A DNA stretch of 45,460 nucleotides from a virus (Duplodnaviria; Caudoviricetes), in the IMG/VR virus record IMGVR_UViG_3300008255_000024, positions 1 through 45,460 of that record; one strand, written 5' to 3'. Under the pieces are notes generated by a model that did not search any database, was not told the origin of the DNA, and saw nothing but the letters and a program-made list of their open reading frames with translations. Position 1 is the stretch's first letter. Every line of letters starts with the position of its first letter. The translations under genes were made by a program, and so were the position numbers. Below, piece after piece: positions 7,845 through 18,681 of the stretch.

Positions 7845-7867
7845 CACCTAAACCACACTGAGGGATG

Positions 7868-7958
7868 CGTTTAAACCCCTCTAAAATGCCCTAGGACGCG
7901 TTTAAATCTCAAATAGGATATACCCTACGTCTACCCTATTTTAAGAGGCTTAAATCGC
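7868..7958. repeat. Dispersed phased-tract element, copy A
   Basis: ATGCCC-N10-TTAAATCTC core shared with 41251 and 31947 copies. Confidence 0.6.
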
Positions 7959-7971
7959 ATATCCAGGTACT

Positions 7972-7997
7972 AAAAAGGCCACCCAATGGGTGGCTTT
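7972..7997. terminator. Bidirectional intrinsic terminator between converging arms
   Basis: AAAAAG-GCCACCC-AAT-GGGTGGC-TTTT. Confidence 0.85.
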
Positions 7998-8014
7998 TAT
8001 AGTGTCTAGATAAA

Positions 8015-11000
8015 TTATCTACCAATTGGTCTTACTTCTCGTTCAGAGATAGGTGGTTCGGTCAGGAATTGATTCTCTGGTCGATACTCCGAGTCTTTTG
8101 GTAAGTAACCAGTCTCGAAAGTCTTGATTACTCCATTCTCTGTAAGAAGTTTAGTAAGGTTTTCCTTCTGCCGATAAGCAAGGGAAGATTCCTTCGACGT
8201 TAGGTTGTACGGGAGAGCACCAACTCCCAGAAGTCGGAACGTTTCTTGGTAGAAACTTCTTTCTCCAGGACCAAGGTCTTGAGTGTTACCCCGCATTAGC
8301 TTACCATACATGGTCATAGGATTAACCCCCCCCTTAGGGTCAACTCGAACACCTTGTTTATCATATCCGTCTGACAATGAATCGGTCATGAATGGCGGTA
8401 GTCCCATCTTCAGGATACGTGCACTGATATCTGCTAGCACAGTAGACATATCATCGGTCTCATTGAATACCTTATTACCAGCAAACGTCTCATTAGATGA
8501 TAGTTCTTTTACTAGCCCAAGTACAGGATTAGCCGTTAGTGGGTCTTTCAAGTACGACCCGTCTGCAAGAGCACCAAATGGGATTATGTATGAGAGGTCA
8601 AAGTACATCGAGCGACCAGCATCATCCTTCCATGGTAGCCTCATCACGAACATGTCGTCACGCATGTAGTCAGGCATCGCCTCTGCTTCCTGCTCTCCTT
8701 CTATTCCAGCCGCTTTAAACAAATCATTACGTGCCTTACCGAATACAGAAATGCGGTGTGGGTTCTTGGCAAGTGTCTCAGCCACTAGTGGTGCTGCCTT
8801 TAAGGCGAATGTTATGAACGGTACTCCCCAGATAGACTTACGCATTCTTTGAACGAACGGTGTAACTTGTGAGTAGTTGAATGTAGCTGCCATAGCCTGT
8901 CGGTAGGCATCTTCTTTCGTTAATCCCTTGCTTAGTCCAAACTTATAGGCTGCAACCTTAGCAATATTGTCGGTATGTCCGTATGATTTCATCATAAGGT
9001 TGTCAATATGCTTACCGTACTTTCTAAACATACCCTTACCGCCAAGTTGGGCCGCCATAGACTTCTCCATAAGGTCCTTATTGGTCAAGTAGTTAGTCAG
9101 CAACTCATTGATGTAGCCACTTCGCTCATTGAAGCCCATGCTCCGCATCTCATTCAGATACTTTCCATTCGTCTTGAACTCTTTTAGGGCGTCGTAGTAG
9201 ATATCAGCACGCCACGGGCCCATTCCCATCTTCCACCAGTTCTGGATTGAGGCAGAAAATGCGTTACGTACATGAGAGCCTGGATTCCAGATTACCTTAG
9301 CATGCTTAAACCACATAACTAGGGACTCACCAACCTCTTTTGATGGCTCAAATGACCCCTTAAGAACCTCCCATATCTCTTTAGACACGTACTTACCAGC
9401 CAGTTGTCCCATTCTTTGAGTCTCTATCTCATCAAGGATACCACTCTTCTGCCAAAGCAGGTCAGCATACTCATCTTCCAGCTTGTTCACAGCTTCTTGA
9501 ACAAGCTTTAGGTTAGTCCCCTCTAGTACACGCTTCGTCTGTTCTAGCTCACCAAACTTTCTTGCGTTTTTCTCTGCCTGCCTGATTCTAGCTAGTTGCT
9601 GTGCGTCTGTTAGGTCTGAGAAGTAGTCTGCACTCTCAGTTAGAACCTTAGCTTTATCTGGGTAACGGATTGCATCCATAAATTCAATCTCATTACTCCA
9701 TTGGTACATTAGTCGAGGGTCGTTGAATGCCCTCGAGAGAGCTATACCCTCAGGCTTTGTTCGATATTCCTTCCATAGGTCAGCCGTTGAGATTGTTTCC
9801 CTTGCTAGGCGGTCACTCTTCGTTCCTGCCTTTAACCACTTAGTTAGCGGTTCAGCCAAAGCTTTCTGTCCAGTAGAGGTAGGTGCTTTCTTGAGTGGAC
9901 CGTCAGTTAACTTCGCACTCTCCCTAAGAATCTGCTTCATCCCAGATAGTGCTTCACCTATCTCGTCTTCGGTAGCTCCTTTCAACCTATCTAATTCCTT
10001 GTCAATCTTATTAATAGTTGAGACCAACTCCTTATCGTCTTTCACTGCGATACGGCGGGCACTCAACACAGTCTTTAAGTTGTCTCGGACAGCTACCAGC
10101 TTCTTCTTCAAGTCTATTTCCTTACCTTTTAGTTGGTACTTCGATGAATCATCAATACGATGTAGGTCTTCCATCTTCCCACCCTTTGCTGCATACTCTG
10201 CCAGCTTATCGTCAGACATAGCATACCCATCAGCAACGTACTTCTGTATTTCCGCCTTCTTTACAAGGTCAATCTGCTTAATTAGTGTTGTGCCCCATAC
10301 AACAGTAGGGTTATCAACTTGACCAAGAGCCTTCATCATGGCTGGGGATAGCTCACGATTACGTGTCCTAGACTCAATCGCAATACCAGCCCTTCCTTTT
10401 GTACCCTTTGCTTCGAGGTATTCATCGTAAGATTGCTTAAGGTAAGTACCCCAATGCTCGTCTGCTGTTTCTTTTGAGACAACACCGAGGTCAACAAGCT
10501 TCTGCATAAGGTCATCTCTCATCCTGTAGGCTCCTGAGATTGACTCGAAATCTTCTGGTGATAGGTCACGCTGTAGTACCTGTAGGTCTTCAGAAATGAT
10601 ACGCCCGTCCATACCCTTTGTTAGGGTCTTGCCGAATACCTCTGGCTTGAGTTTGTCTAGAGTCTTAAGAAGGTCATCAGCGTAGACAACAATCGCTTCA
10701 TTACGCCCTACGACCTGTTCATACCCTTCAAGGAATGACTTATCAACAGCTGAGCCATAGATAAGCTTATCGCTCAAGAAGGTCAGCGGCGTCCATCCTC
10801 CCTCGCGATGGAAGAATTTTTGTCCGTCTACCTCTATCTTAGTTAGTTCACCAAGTAGTTTTGATTTAACTGCGTTTCCTCCCTTTACAACGCCTGGAAT
10901 CTTTGTTACAATCTTCCATGGGGCAACGTATGTCAACGGGTCGAGGAGAATGTCCCCCATGAATCCTGCCACCTTTCCTTGCCAGCCATTCTTCCCAAGA

Positions 11001-11341
11001 GAATCTTCATCAGAGAATGACTCTCGATTCTTTACACCCTCAGCGAATCCTTTCCCTTTAGCAATACCAACAAATCCATAACTGAAAGTGTTTAGGACAT
11101 CCATGGCATCCATGACAAATCCTCCAGACATGTACTTCTGGCTCTCTCCACCAGCTTTATTTATCTGGTCGAGGGCTTCGTTCTCAAGACCAGCCTGCTT
11201 TGCCATATCATAGAGACCTTGTGGTGTCTTGAGATTTATCGTCTGATTCCTGTAGCTATCAAATGGATTCTTACTACCACCAGATAGTTTTAACGGTTCA
11301 ATCGTTTGGGTAGCGGTGCTGTTCAAATTTATATTAGCCAT
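8015..11341 (-). CDS. Large internal virion/DNA ejection protein (putative)
   Basis: 1108 aa, helical; last gene of the virion operon as in podoviruses. Confidence 0.6.
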   Translation of the reverse strand: MANINLNSTATQTIEPLKLSGGSKNPFDSYRNQTINLKTPQGLYDMAKQAGLENEALDQINKAGGESQKYMSGGFVMDAMDVLNTFSYGFVGIAKGKGFAEGVKNRESFSDEDSLGKNGWQGKVAGFMGDILLDPLTYVAPWKIVTKIPGVVKGGNAVKSKLLGELTKIEVDGQKFFHREGGWTPLTFLSDKLIYGSAVDKSFLEGYEQVVGRNEAIVVYADDLLKTLDKLKPEVFGKTLTKGMDGRIISEDLQVLQRDLSPEDFESISGAYRMRDDLMQKLVDLGVVSKETADEHWGTYLKQSYDEYLEAKGTKGRAGIAIESRTRNRELSPAMMKALGQVDNPTVVWGTTLIKQIDLVKKAEIQKYVADGYAMSDDKLAEYAAKGGKMEDLHRIDDSSKYQLKGKEIDLKKKLVAVRDNLKTVLSARRIAVKDDKELVSTINKIDKELDRLKGATEDEIGEALSGMKQILRESAKLTDGPLKKAPTSTGQKALAEPLTKWLKAGTKSDRLARETISTADLWKEYRTKPEGIALSRAFNDPRLMYQWSNEIEFMDAIRYPDKAKVLTESADYFSDLTDAQQLARIRQAEKNARKFGELEQTKRVLEGTNLKLVQEAVNKLEDEYADLLWQKSGILDEIETQRMGQLAGKYVSKEIWEVLKGSFEPSKEVGESLVMWFKHAKVIWNPGSHVRNAFSASIQNWWKMGMGPWRADIYYDALKEFKTNGKYLNEMRSMGFNERSGYINELLTNYLTNKDLMEKSMAAQLGGKGMFRKYGKHIDNLMMKSYGHTDNIAKVAAYKFGLSKGLTKEDAYRQAMAATFNYSQVTPFVQRMRKSIWGVPFITFALKAAPLVAETLAKNPHRISVFGKARNDLFKAAGIEGEQEAEAMPDYMRDDMFVMRLPWKDDAGRSMYFDLSYIIPFGALADGSYLKDPLTANPVLGLVKELSSNETFAGNKVFNETDDMSTVLADISARILKMGLPPFMTDSLSDGYDKQGVRVDPKGGVNPMTMYGKLMRGNTQDLGPGERSFYQETFRLLGVGALPYNLTSKESSLAYRQKENLTKLLTENGVIKTFETGYLPKDSEYRPENQFLTEPPISEREVRPIGR

Positions 11342-11362
11342 GCTTTTCCTCTGTTAGTATGA

Positions 11363-12439
11363 TTAATAAATTTGACCATTGCTTCCGTATAGAATTTCTC
11401 CTATTGTTGCACCACCCCATGTGTTGAACGACTTACCAACAGGGAGTCTAGTCTTAGCTGGTGTCGTAGTAGTTGGCTTATTGAGACTATCCATGAATCC
11501 TTTGTCTGAGATAACACCATTGTAGGCGCCCATAACAATCGTAGCTAAGTCTTCCATGTTACCTTCGAACCCTATCTGTGTACCCACAGCAGCTAGGTAC
11601 TCAGTACTTGTTATCTGTTCTTTGGTTAGTGTACGAGCAGCCAGTTTATTCTTGATATCCTGAGCAATCATTGCCTGTGTATTCGTGGAAGCCTTTTGAG
11701 TCTCAAGCTCCTTCTTCTGTAGACTGTACTGTGCCCAGCTAATCTGGTTACGCTCACGCTCAAGCTCTAGTTGTTGCGTCTTTAGGTCCATATCCTTTAG
11801 ACTGAGCCCATAGTCCTTCTCGAACTGGTAGTTAGACTGTAGTAGCCCCAACGCAAACTGTTTCTTATTCTCTTCCTGTGATGACCAGAACTGTTCATTC
11901 TGCTGAGCCTGACCAATAGCCTCTTGCTGAAGATTAGCCACACCTATTAGATTAGAATAGAAGGTTTCTTCTTGTTGTTGAAGGAACTCTAGCTTCTTAA
12001 TACGAAGACCTGCCATAGCTGCTGCTGTGGTAGCATCGTTCGTCATCATTGCCTCCTGATATCGAGCGTCTAGGTCTCTAATAGACTTAGTTGTGGTTTC
12101 AGTGAGCTCACGAAGCCCTGCAACCTGTGTAGCATAGCCTGTCCTGCCTTCTAAGGCTTCGGTGAACTGAGCCCCTGCCCTATCTTCAGCATAAGACACC
12201 TCTCTCGAACGTTCTGACTGAAGCCGTGCTGCGGTCGCTGCTCCTGCTGACTGAGTGTCCTTCATCGCGGCATCAATTGAGTTCTGAAGCTCTGAAGAAG
12301 CTGAAGTTGAGATGCCCTTACTCTGTTCTGTTAGCCGTGCCGTAAGAATATCAACCAATGGATTCGATTGAACTTCTTTTCCACCCGTTGCTGGGCTCTG
12401 TGAGGCATAAGCAGCTAATACTTTTTGAAAATCATCCAT
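11363..12439 (-). CDS. Internal virion/ejection protein (putative)
   Basis: Q/A/E-rich coiled-coil; position. Confidence 0.55.
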   Translation of the reverse strand: MDDFQKVLAAYASQSPATGGKEVQSNPLVDILTARLTEQSKGISTSASSELQNSIDAAMKDTQSAGAATAARLQSERSREVSYAEDRAGAQFTEALEGRTGYATQVAGLRELTETTTKSIRDLDARYQEAMMTNDATTAAAMAGLRIKKLEFLQQQEETFYSNLIGVANLQQEAIGQAQQNEQFWSSQEENKKQFALGLLQSNYQFEKDYGLSLKDMDLKTQQLELERERNQISWAQYSLQKKELETQKASTNTQAMIAQDIKNKLAARTLTKEQITSTEYLAAVGTQIGFEGNMEDLATIVMGAYNGVISDKGFMDSLNKPTTTTPAKTRLPVGKSFNTWGGATIGEILYGSNGQIY

Positions 12440-12441
12440 GT

Positions 12442-13620
12442 TTATCTACGCTTAATTATTCTACGATTACGGAGGTTAATACCTGCCACTTTAAAGTTTG
12501 AACTACCCATATCTCTCTCTCCAGAGAAGTTCTTACGGTATCGTTCTAGTGATTTGTTGGCCTCTGAGTCCTCTGACCTCGCATTCTGAATCAGCTGTAG
12601 ACTTCGGAACAGGATTCCAGCAGCCTTGTGAGCTACCGCAAACTTGTACTGTGGATATCGGTCTGAAAAGAACGGGACATCTGTTACTGCTCCAAACTCT
12701 GTAATCTCTGTACCTGCTGTGTTGTTGCCCACTCGATAGAAGATATACTTGAAGGTAAGGTCTACTGGTTCTGCGATACGCATGTCTGATAGTTTAAAAC
12801 CATCTACTGCGGTCTTTGCTACATCATGGTTTATCAGCCACTCCCACTCTGTTAATGCTGTTATGTCTGGAGTCCCTACCATTGATAGGTCTCTCCATGC
12901 CACCTTAATTGTGTTAACACCCTCAGCTAGTGGATTACCATTGACATCCTGATTAACTACACCGAGGTAGTAGTCAGTAGCTAAGTCAGTACCAAACTTA
13001 ATTGAGACCGAGGTAACATCAGTGATGTCTGGTATCTCAACTTCGAAGATTAGTACACCTGTACCCTCGTACTGGGTTAGGTCGATTGCCTCGGTAGTGG
13101 TATCAAGACCAGTGGCTGTGACACCATCTGTGGTCATGTCAAATCGAATTGAATTCTTCTCTGCTGTTATATTCGAGGCATTGGTACCTGTATATGTGAG
13201 CCCATCATCCTCTGGGAGGTCGATTAAATCACGGTGGGCGGCATCGCCAGGAGGAATAATGATACCAAGATAACTATCCGCATTATATCGTTCAATGGCA
13301 TAAGCATGTCGGTTAGGATTCATTGTCGCCAGGTCTCTAGCTTCAATTCTTGTAAAGTCCCCCTGCCCAGCCTCCTCATTCTTGTATCTTAGTTGACCAG
13401 CTGTTAGTAGATACGGAGTCAGATTGTCCATCTTGTACCAAGTCACTGTTGGAAGGTACTCAATGTAAGACCTGTCGGTCATGTGTTCGTTGCCCAACTC
13501 TTCAAGTAACCATGAGGTTGCTTCGGTAAGGGCACCGTACCTATCACTGGCAGATATTCTGTCGTTAGACGAATCTCCAATGAAAGTATTTACGGATGTG
13601 ATTAAGTCACTTACTGTCAT
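12442..13620 (-). CDS. Head-tail adaptor/tail tubular A-like protein with inserted beta-rich domain (putative)
   Basis: Helical N- and C-termini typical of adaptors around an acidic beta-rich middle. Confidence 0.5.
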   Translation of the reverse strand: MTVSDLITSVNTFIGDSSNDRISASDRYGALTEATSWLLEELGNEHMTDRSYIEYLPTVTWYKMDNLTPYLLTAGQLRYKNEEAGQGDFTRIEARDLATMNPNRHAYAIERYNADSYLGIIIPPGDAAHRDLIDLPEDDGLTYTGTNASNITAEKNSIRFDMTTDGVTATGLDTTTEAIDLTQYEGTGVLIFEVEIPDITDVTSVSIKFGTDLATDYYLGVVNQDVNGNPLAEGVNTIKVAWRDLSMVGTPDITALTEWEWLINHDVAKTAVDGFKLSDMRIAEPVDLTFKYIFYRVGNNTAGTEITEFGAVTDVPFFSDRYPQYKFAVAHKAAGILFRSLQLIQNARSEDSEANKSLERYRKNFSGERDMGSSNFKVAGINLRNRRIIKRR

Positions 13621-13623
13621 ATG

Positions 13624-16600
13624 TTATTCATTATCGGGTGAGCTAGTAGTTGTTTCGTCATGTGATATGACTGCAATACTTGGCAAGTACATGTCTGCGC
13701 CAAGTGGTTCACTCGTTGCCCACTCGACCTCTATTTGGATTGCGTGAATGTACGGCTTGTTAATACTAAAGTCTACGTACCCTCGCTTAGCTTCATCTTT
13801 GCTGATTGATTTTGTCATGCCTACTGTAGTACTCTGGTTAAAGTACAGCTTAACAGTAGCAATGACATCTGTTCCTGAGCCTGTGATTGGCGAGTTATAT
13901 ACTCTTACCTTACGAAGAACTGAGGTAATAGGTATATACATTACTCCAGAGTATACGTCACCTTGGTGTGGTGTTTGAGCACCATTACTTCCGGTTGTTA
14001 TATCCATAGGATAAATCTTCTTGTAGTACTTTGTTGCTGTATCTAAATAAGAAAGTAATATACCTTGTTTATTAGAACGATATCCAGAACTTGCTGTCTC
14101 AACTCCAGAACCATAGAAGGTTATTCCAGATGCAATGTTATTTGCTTTAAGGTCAGTTGTTGCACCAGGTGCCTTTACTTGATGTAATATATTAACGGCA
14201 TTATTACTTTCACAGTATAAGTTACCATCGTTCGCCAACCAAATAACTTTATCTCCAGCTCCTGAGAAGCCATCTGGATATTGCGGATAAGCACCGACAC
14301 CTATAGTTCTCACTACAGGGAATACGACACCACCACTATCATTATATCCAAACATTCTTACTTGTGTTAGTCCGCTGTCAGAGATAACAATAAGTTTTAC
14401 AACACCATCTGGAGATACATAGATTTTCTTTATTTCTCTAATACCTGGTATCTCGATGTAGTCCGTACCTCCGAAAGCTGTTGATTGCCTATCCCAGATA
14501 AACACACCACACCTGCCAGAATAGTTAGATAGAGATGTTGTCTCTACGTTTACTGGATACTGGTGCATTGCGATAAATAGTTTTGACCTAAAGTCAACAG
14601 CATCTGTTAGTGTAAATGTCTCTGGGAACAATAGTACATCTTTAGTGACCGCACCATCAATGCCACCTGTCAGCCCTCCGTCTATTTTATGTACTGCATT
14701 TCCTGCAAATATATAAGAGAAACCATTATCAGCTGGGACAATAAAGTTATGATTAGCAGAGCTAGTTATTCTTACACCTAATGTTTCAGTTAACCATGTA
14801 TCATCATAGACACTACTAAATGGAAGTGGTGCAGTTCCACATTCTATTGTCTTCCCTGTTGGAAGGTAAGATACACTTCCCCAATAAGTAGTACCTCCAT
14901 CATAAGAAATTGTTCTGTTTGTTGTTTTAATTGCTGGTAGAACACGAGCCTGTGGAGATAATCTACAAACGTCGCTAGCCGCAGCTCCACCAGAATTCCG
15001 CCTGTAATACATGTATGAATTTATGTACTGACCAGAAGAAAGATATGGACTAGCAGCAGCATTTGTATATATATCAACAACTCCTGTAGAGGAAATAACC
15101 AAGCTTATTTTAGTAATGTCCTTTGGGAATCTAGGGTCAAAGTTAAAGGCTTCTATACTAGGCCCATTTATATCACTCACAATATATATAACATTGTTTG
15201 CTTGATTGAGAAAGATTCCACCAGTAGAACTGCTTGTTATTGATGAAAGACTATTAATCCTAACCTTACCAACATATGAAGCAGTACTCACATCAAACGG
15301 TGTTGACATTGTATATCTAAACACAGAACGAACTACAGATACATCTGTACCAGCTACATAGTAGTCTGTTCCATCGCTAGTCATTGCTGTTCCGTAGATT
15401 GTCTGAGCTCCACCATTGCTAGCATTTGGTGAATCTTTCGCTGCGTTGTAAACGGCTGTTGATAGATTCCATGCGGTGCCAAGGTCATACGTCTTAATTA
15501 CATAGCTAGCAGCTGCGCCTGTCCCGTAAAGAAACATCTTTGTTCCTGTGCTATTGAAGCTCATTCCACCAATGCCTGTTGATGGAAATTGAGCATTAAC
15601 ATTCAAGCTTACTGTATCATATGTTACACCAGATGCAATTTGCCATGCAGTTCCTAAGCTATATTGAAAGATAGTCTTATTAGCGCCTGATAGACCATCA
15701 ATATACATTTTTGTACCATCAGATTTTAAAGCTATTGCCCAACCATTACTACCTGTCTGGGCTGCTTCCTCATACGTTGTTAACACTGGAGAAGAAGAGA
15801 GTTCTCCATATGGATTATCAACAAACAAAAATGATAAAAGTAATTTTGTATCACTGTATGTCCCCTGCGTTACTGGTTCTGATGTTACACCTGTTAGAGT
15901 ACCAACAACTGTAGCTGGTGTTGCGCTTGTATTGTCGGTAAAGACAACATTGTATAGACTTGTCCCGCTATTAACAAAATCAAGAACAATTGTTCCACTA
16001 CCAACATCATCAAGACTATATATATAGTTGTTAATTGTTACAGCATAGGTTTGAGTGTTTGAGGAAACCAGTGTCATAGCAACAGAGTCTACTGATGCTG
16101 ATGTAACTGTACCTGATGTTGCAACATGTACAATACAAGCTATGTTACTACCAGATGGTACATCAATACTTATCGAGTTATTAACTGCTGCAGAATATTC
16201 TGAGAAGCTAGCTATAACTTTAGGTTTAACTGATGCAAAAGGATTAACTTCAACTGATGTAGTTGTCCAAGTAGCACGACTAGCCAGACTAAGTGAGTCT
16301 TCAAGTCCTGTTGTTGTATACAAATAGTATAGGTTTCTTTTATTGTTTACTTGATATACTTCAAGGTCTTGGATTATGTCACCGCTAGAAAGAGTGTGCG
16401 ACAAAGCCATTGATGTGTCCGTTAGTCCATCTAGTTTGTAGATATGTGTTCCTCTGTCAGATAGATACACTGTCTCATTTACATTATCAAAAACAACAGA
16501 CGTGAGTTTAGTATCTGGTGTTCCACTAGGTGAAATTGAGGTTGATGTTGTTGATATAGGAGACAAATATCCCTTCCTTAAATAAGGATTGAACAGCCCG

Positions 16601-16725
16601 CCAGCAAGCTCACCGTTTTTTATGTTTACTATTCTCTGAGGCTGTGGAGTTATCATGTCCTCGTCCCCAGAGAAGTTATCTGTGAGACCAGCACTCCCAC
16701 TTAAGTCTAATATTATTTCTGCCAT
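13624..16725 (-). CDS. Tail nozzle/stabilisation-like protein with central propeller-repeat insertion (putative)
   Basis: 1033 aa, S/T/G-rich; repeats YSLGTAWQIAS / YDLGTAWNLST / YTMSTPFDVST. Confidence 0.55.
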   Translation of the reverse strand: MAEIILDLSGSAGLTDNFSGDEDMITPQPQRIVNIKNGELAGGLFNPYLRKGYLSPISTTSTSISPSGTPDTKLTSVVFDNVNETVYLSDRGTHIYKLDGLTDTSMALSHTLSSGDIIQDLEVYQVNNKRNLYYLYTTTGLEDSLSLASRATWTTTSVEVNPFASVKPKVIASFSEYSAAVNNSISIDVPSGSNIACIVHVATSGTVTSASVDSVAMTLVSSNTQTYAVTINNYIYSLDDVGSGTIVLDFVNSGTSLYNVVFTDNTSATPATVVGTLTGVTSEPVTQGTYSDTKLLLSFLFVDNPYGELSSSPVLTTYEEAAQTGSNGWAIALKSDGTKMYIDGLSGANKTIFQYSLGTAWQIASGVTYDTVSLNVNAQFPSTGIGGMSFNSTGTKMFLYGTGAAASYVIKTYDLGTAWNLSTAVYNAAKDSPNASNGGAQTIYGTAMTSDGTDYYVAGTDVSVVRSVFRYTMSTPFDVSTASYVGKVRINSLSSITSSSTGGIFLNQANNVIYIVSDINGPSIEAFNFDPRFPKDITKISLVISSTGVVDIYTNAAASPYLSSGQYINSYMYYRRNSGGAAASDVCRLSPQARVLPAIKTTNRTISYDGGTTYWGSVSYLPTGKTIECGTAPLPFSSVYDDTWLTETLGVRITSSANHNFIVPADNGFSYIFAGNAVHKIDGGLTGGIDGAVTKDVLLFPETFTLTDAVDFRSKLFIAMHQYPVNVETTSLSNYSGRCGVFIWDRQSTAFGGTDYIEIPGIREIKKIYVSPDGVVKLIVISDSGLTQVRMFGYNDSGGVVFPVVRTIGVGAYPQYPDGFSGAGDKVIWLANDGNLYCESNNAVNILHQVKAPGATTDLKANNIASGITFYGSGVETASSGYRSNKQGILLSYLDTATKYYKKIYPMDITTGSNGAQTPHQGDVYSGVMYIPITSVLRKVRVYNSPITGSGTDVIATVKLYFNQSTTVGMTKSISKDEAKRGYVDFSINKPYIHAIQIEVEWATSEPLGADMYLPSIAVISHDETTTSSPDNE

Positions 16726-16727
16726 CT

Positions 16728-17399
16728 TTATAGATTTCTAGGTTGAATAAATTGTATGTTCTCTGCTACTATATTTACTAGTGTTCCATCTTTACTTCTG
16801 GCTGGAGCAAAGAAAGGATAGAAAATAAATACATCTTTATTACTACCAATAAGGTCTGTACTATATGTTCCGTAGTAAGAGCCATTCAGGAGTAAATCTG
16901 TAGACAGCACATTATATCTTATTTCAAGACTGAAGTTGTAAGTAAATGTTGCATCTGACATTTTTAATTCAAAGTCTAGTGGAGTCAGTACCTCTGACTT
17001 GCCAGCTTCTTTAGATGCAAAGTATAGTTTACCAGTATCAATCTTTATTCCAGCATATGCTCTGAACACACTCATGTCTGTCAACGAACCTGGTAATGAC
17101 CATGCGTCATATACCGCTGGAGATAAGATGTAGCCGACTGTCTTACTTGGTGCTTTAATATAGAATTGACACCGCATTCTAGACTTCTTATCAGGCCCCA
17201 TTAATCTCCCACCAGATGAGTCAATGATTCTTGATAGCTTACCAAAATCTGTAGTTGATGTTGTACCACCACTACCCAGGTCTGAGTATGCTAGATTTAT
17301 GAATGTAACACCGTCGAAGAAGTAATCAGAAAGGTACTGATATACAACATCTGCGGCATCCTTCTTTTCTTCTGGTGATGAAAGTTTATTTAGGTACAT
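16728..17399 (-). CDS. Hypothetical virion protein
   Basis: 223 aa, beta-rich, tightly packed in tail operon. Confidence 0.55.
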   Translation of the reverse strand: MYLNKLSSPEEKKDAADVVYQYLSDYFFDGVTFINLAYSDLGSGGTTSTTDFGKLSRIIDSSGGRLMGPDKKSRMRCQFYIKAPSKTVGYILSPAVYDAWSLPGSLTDMSVFRAYAGIKIDTGKLYFASKEAGKSEVLTPLDFELKMSDATFTYNFSLEIRYNVLSTDLLLNGSYYGTYSTDLIGSNKDVFIFYPFFAPARSKDGTLVNIVAENIQFIQPRNL

Positions 17400-17700
17400 T
17401 GTTTCGTTTGTTTAATCTTTCCTTCATCCAGCTCTCTAATAACTTCATTGCGTCTGCCCCTAACCATCCTCCCATACCTGCAACCACCGCAGAGGCTGCT
17501 TCTGGTATACCAATGATATTAAGTCCGAACTGGAAGAACATATATCCAGAGAAGGCGGACACTGTGAGGTGGGCTGAGAGTTTCTGCCAAGAGAACTCAC
17601 CATTTGATAGGTAGATTTGTAGGTATCTTGAGAGCCCACCAACGGCAGCAACGCTTACATACAGAGCCTCTACTGGTACTTTGTTAAAAAATTCGAACAT
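17386..17700 (-). CDS. Holin-like membrane protein (LydA-like)
   Basis: Three hydrophobic segments, GG..RYL, SAFSG, AGMGGWLG, basic C-terminus. Confidence 0.7.
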   Translation of the reverse strand: MFEFFNKVPVEALYVSVAAVGGLSRYLQIYLSNGEFSWQKLSAHLTVSAFSGYMFFQFGLNIIGIPEAASAVVAGMGGWLGADAMKLLESWMKERLNKRNNVPK

Positions 17701-17749
17701 ATTATTAATTGGTAAGTGATAATCCTCTAGTGGTTATTACTACTGTGTG

Positions 17750-17830
17750 CCTCTCTGGAAGGCCTCTGTGGGGCTCTATACGCCTCATGGTGAGGTTTAA
17801 ATCGTAAAGAGGTTCTTCGATACGGTTTCA
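17750..17830. repeat. Dispersed phased-tract element, copy D (degenerate)
   Basis: CGCCTC-N10-TTAAATCGT core; weakest copy. Confidence 0.4.
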
Positions 17831-17916
17831 AAGGTGATGCCTGTTTTGCTGTCTAACTCGGCTTGAGATAGTGTTGCGTCCAGCTTCCCCGTAAAAGGAT
17901 TAAATGTCCATGCCAT
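17797..17916 (-). pseudogene. Truncated tail-fibre-like ORF (39 aa)
   Basis: MAWTFNPFTGKLD...FETVSKNLFTI*; FNPFTGxLD recalls fibre N-termini; stop lies inside repeat D. Confidence 0.5.
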
Positions 17917-17917
17917 A

Positions 17918-18631
17918 TTATGTTTTCGCGACGTTACTTATTGTGCCCTTTCCACTATCTGTGTATGTGACAACTATAGTCGCCACGGTTATACCACCAG
18001 CACCACCAGTCTTATATGTCCAAGTATCTGTGGTTGCGGCCTGTGTTAGTGATATGTAGTCGTGTGCTGGGATTTCCATACCAACAAGGTAAGCTTGATT
18101 GTCCGCTGTCGCTGGATTAATCCTTGTTCCATCTTCTCCAACAATCATCGTAGAACCTCCACCACTACCAGCTCGGTCAACCTCTACCTTTATTCTCCCA
18201 TCCTTTGATACAACACCATCTGGTAATTCAAATTGAGGATACTCTTTCTCTAAGATGGCTTTAAGTAGTTCGAGTACTTTATCTTTCGACTTATCATTAG
18301 TGATGACGGCCAGTAGTTTATTTAGTGACTCTACAGGTCGGTCATCTTTTAAAGCGGGGATTGTCTTTACAATCTTTGACAGTAAGTCTTCTATCGTTCC
18401 TAGCTCTACCTTATCCTTATTGACAACCTCAACCTTCTGTAGTAAAGGAAAGTTATTAATAGCAAAGGTATCAGGGATAACAATCTCCTGAAGCTATTGC
18501 TTCTCTACTGGTTTGTTTACAGCATCAATAATCGTTTTGAGAAGATGAGAGCTATCTTTAGACATCTCGACTACCTGCTCTTGTTTATCTCCGATGCTTA
18601 ATAGTTCTACATAAATATCTTTTTCGTTCAT
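17918..18631 (-). pseudogene. Virion-associated ORF (237 codons) interrupted by one in-frame TAG at codon 46
   Basis: ATG18631 MNEKDIYVEL...VEKQ*LQEIVIPD...KVEVDRAGSGGGSTMIV...; TAG at 18494-18496, frame open on both sides. Confidence 0.7.
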
Positions 18632-18681
18632 TGAGTTTGTTATTAATAATGGTGATAATGTCTTAATTATACCATGCTCAT

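Noticed and set aside
18494-18496. Genome-wide TAG recoding (code 15)
   Set aside because: TAG ends many genes exactly at the next start (e.g. 4030, 34404); long genes are intact in code 11; no CTA-anticodon tRNA
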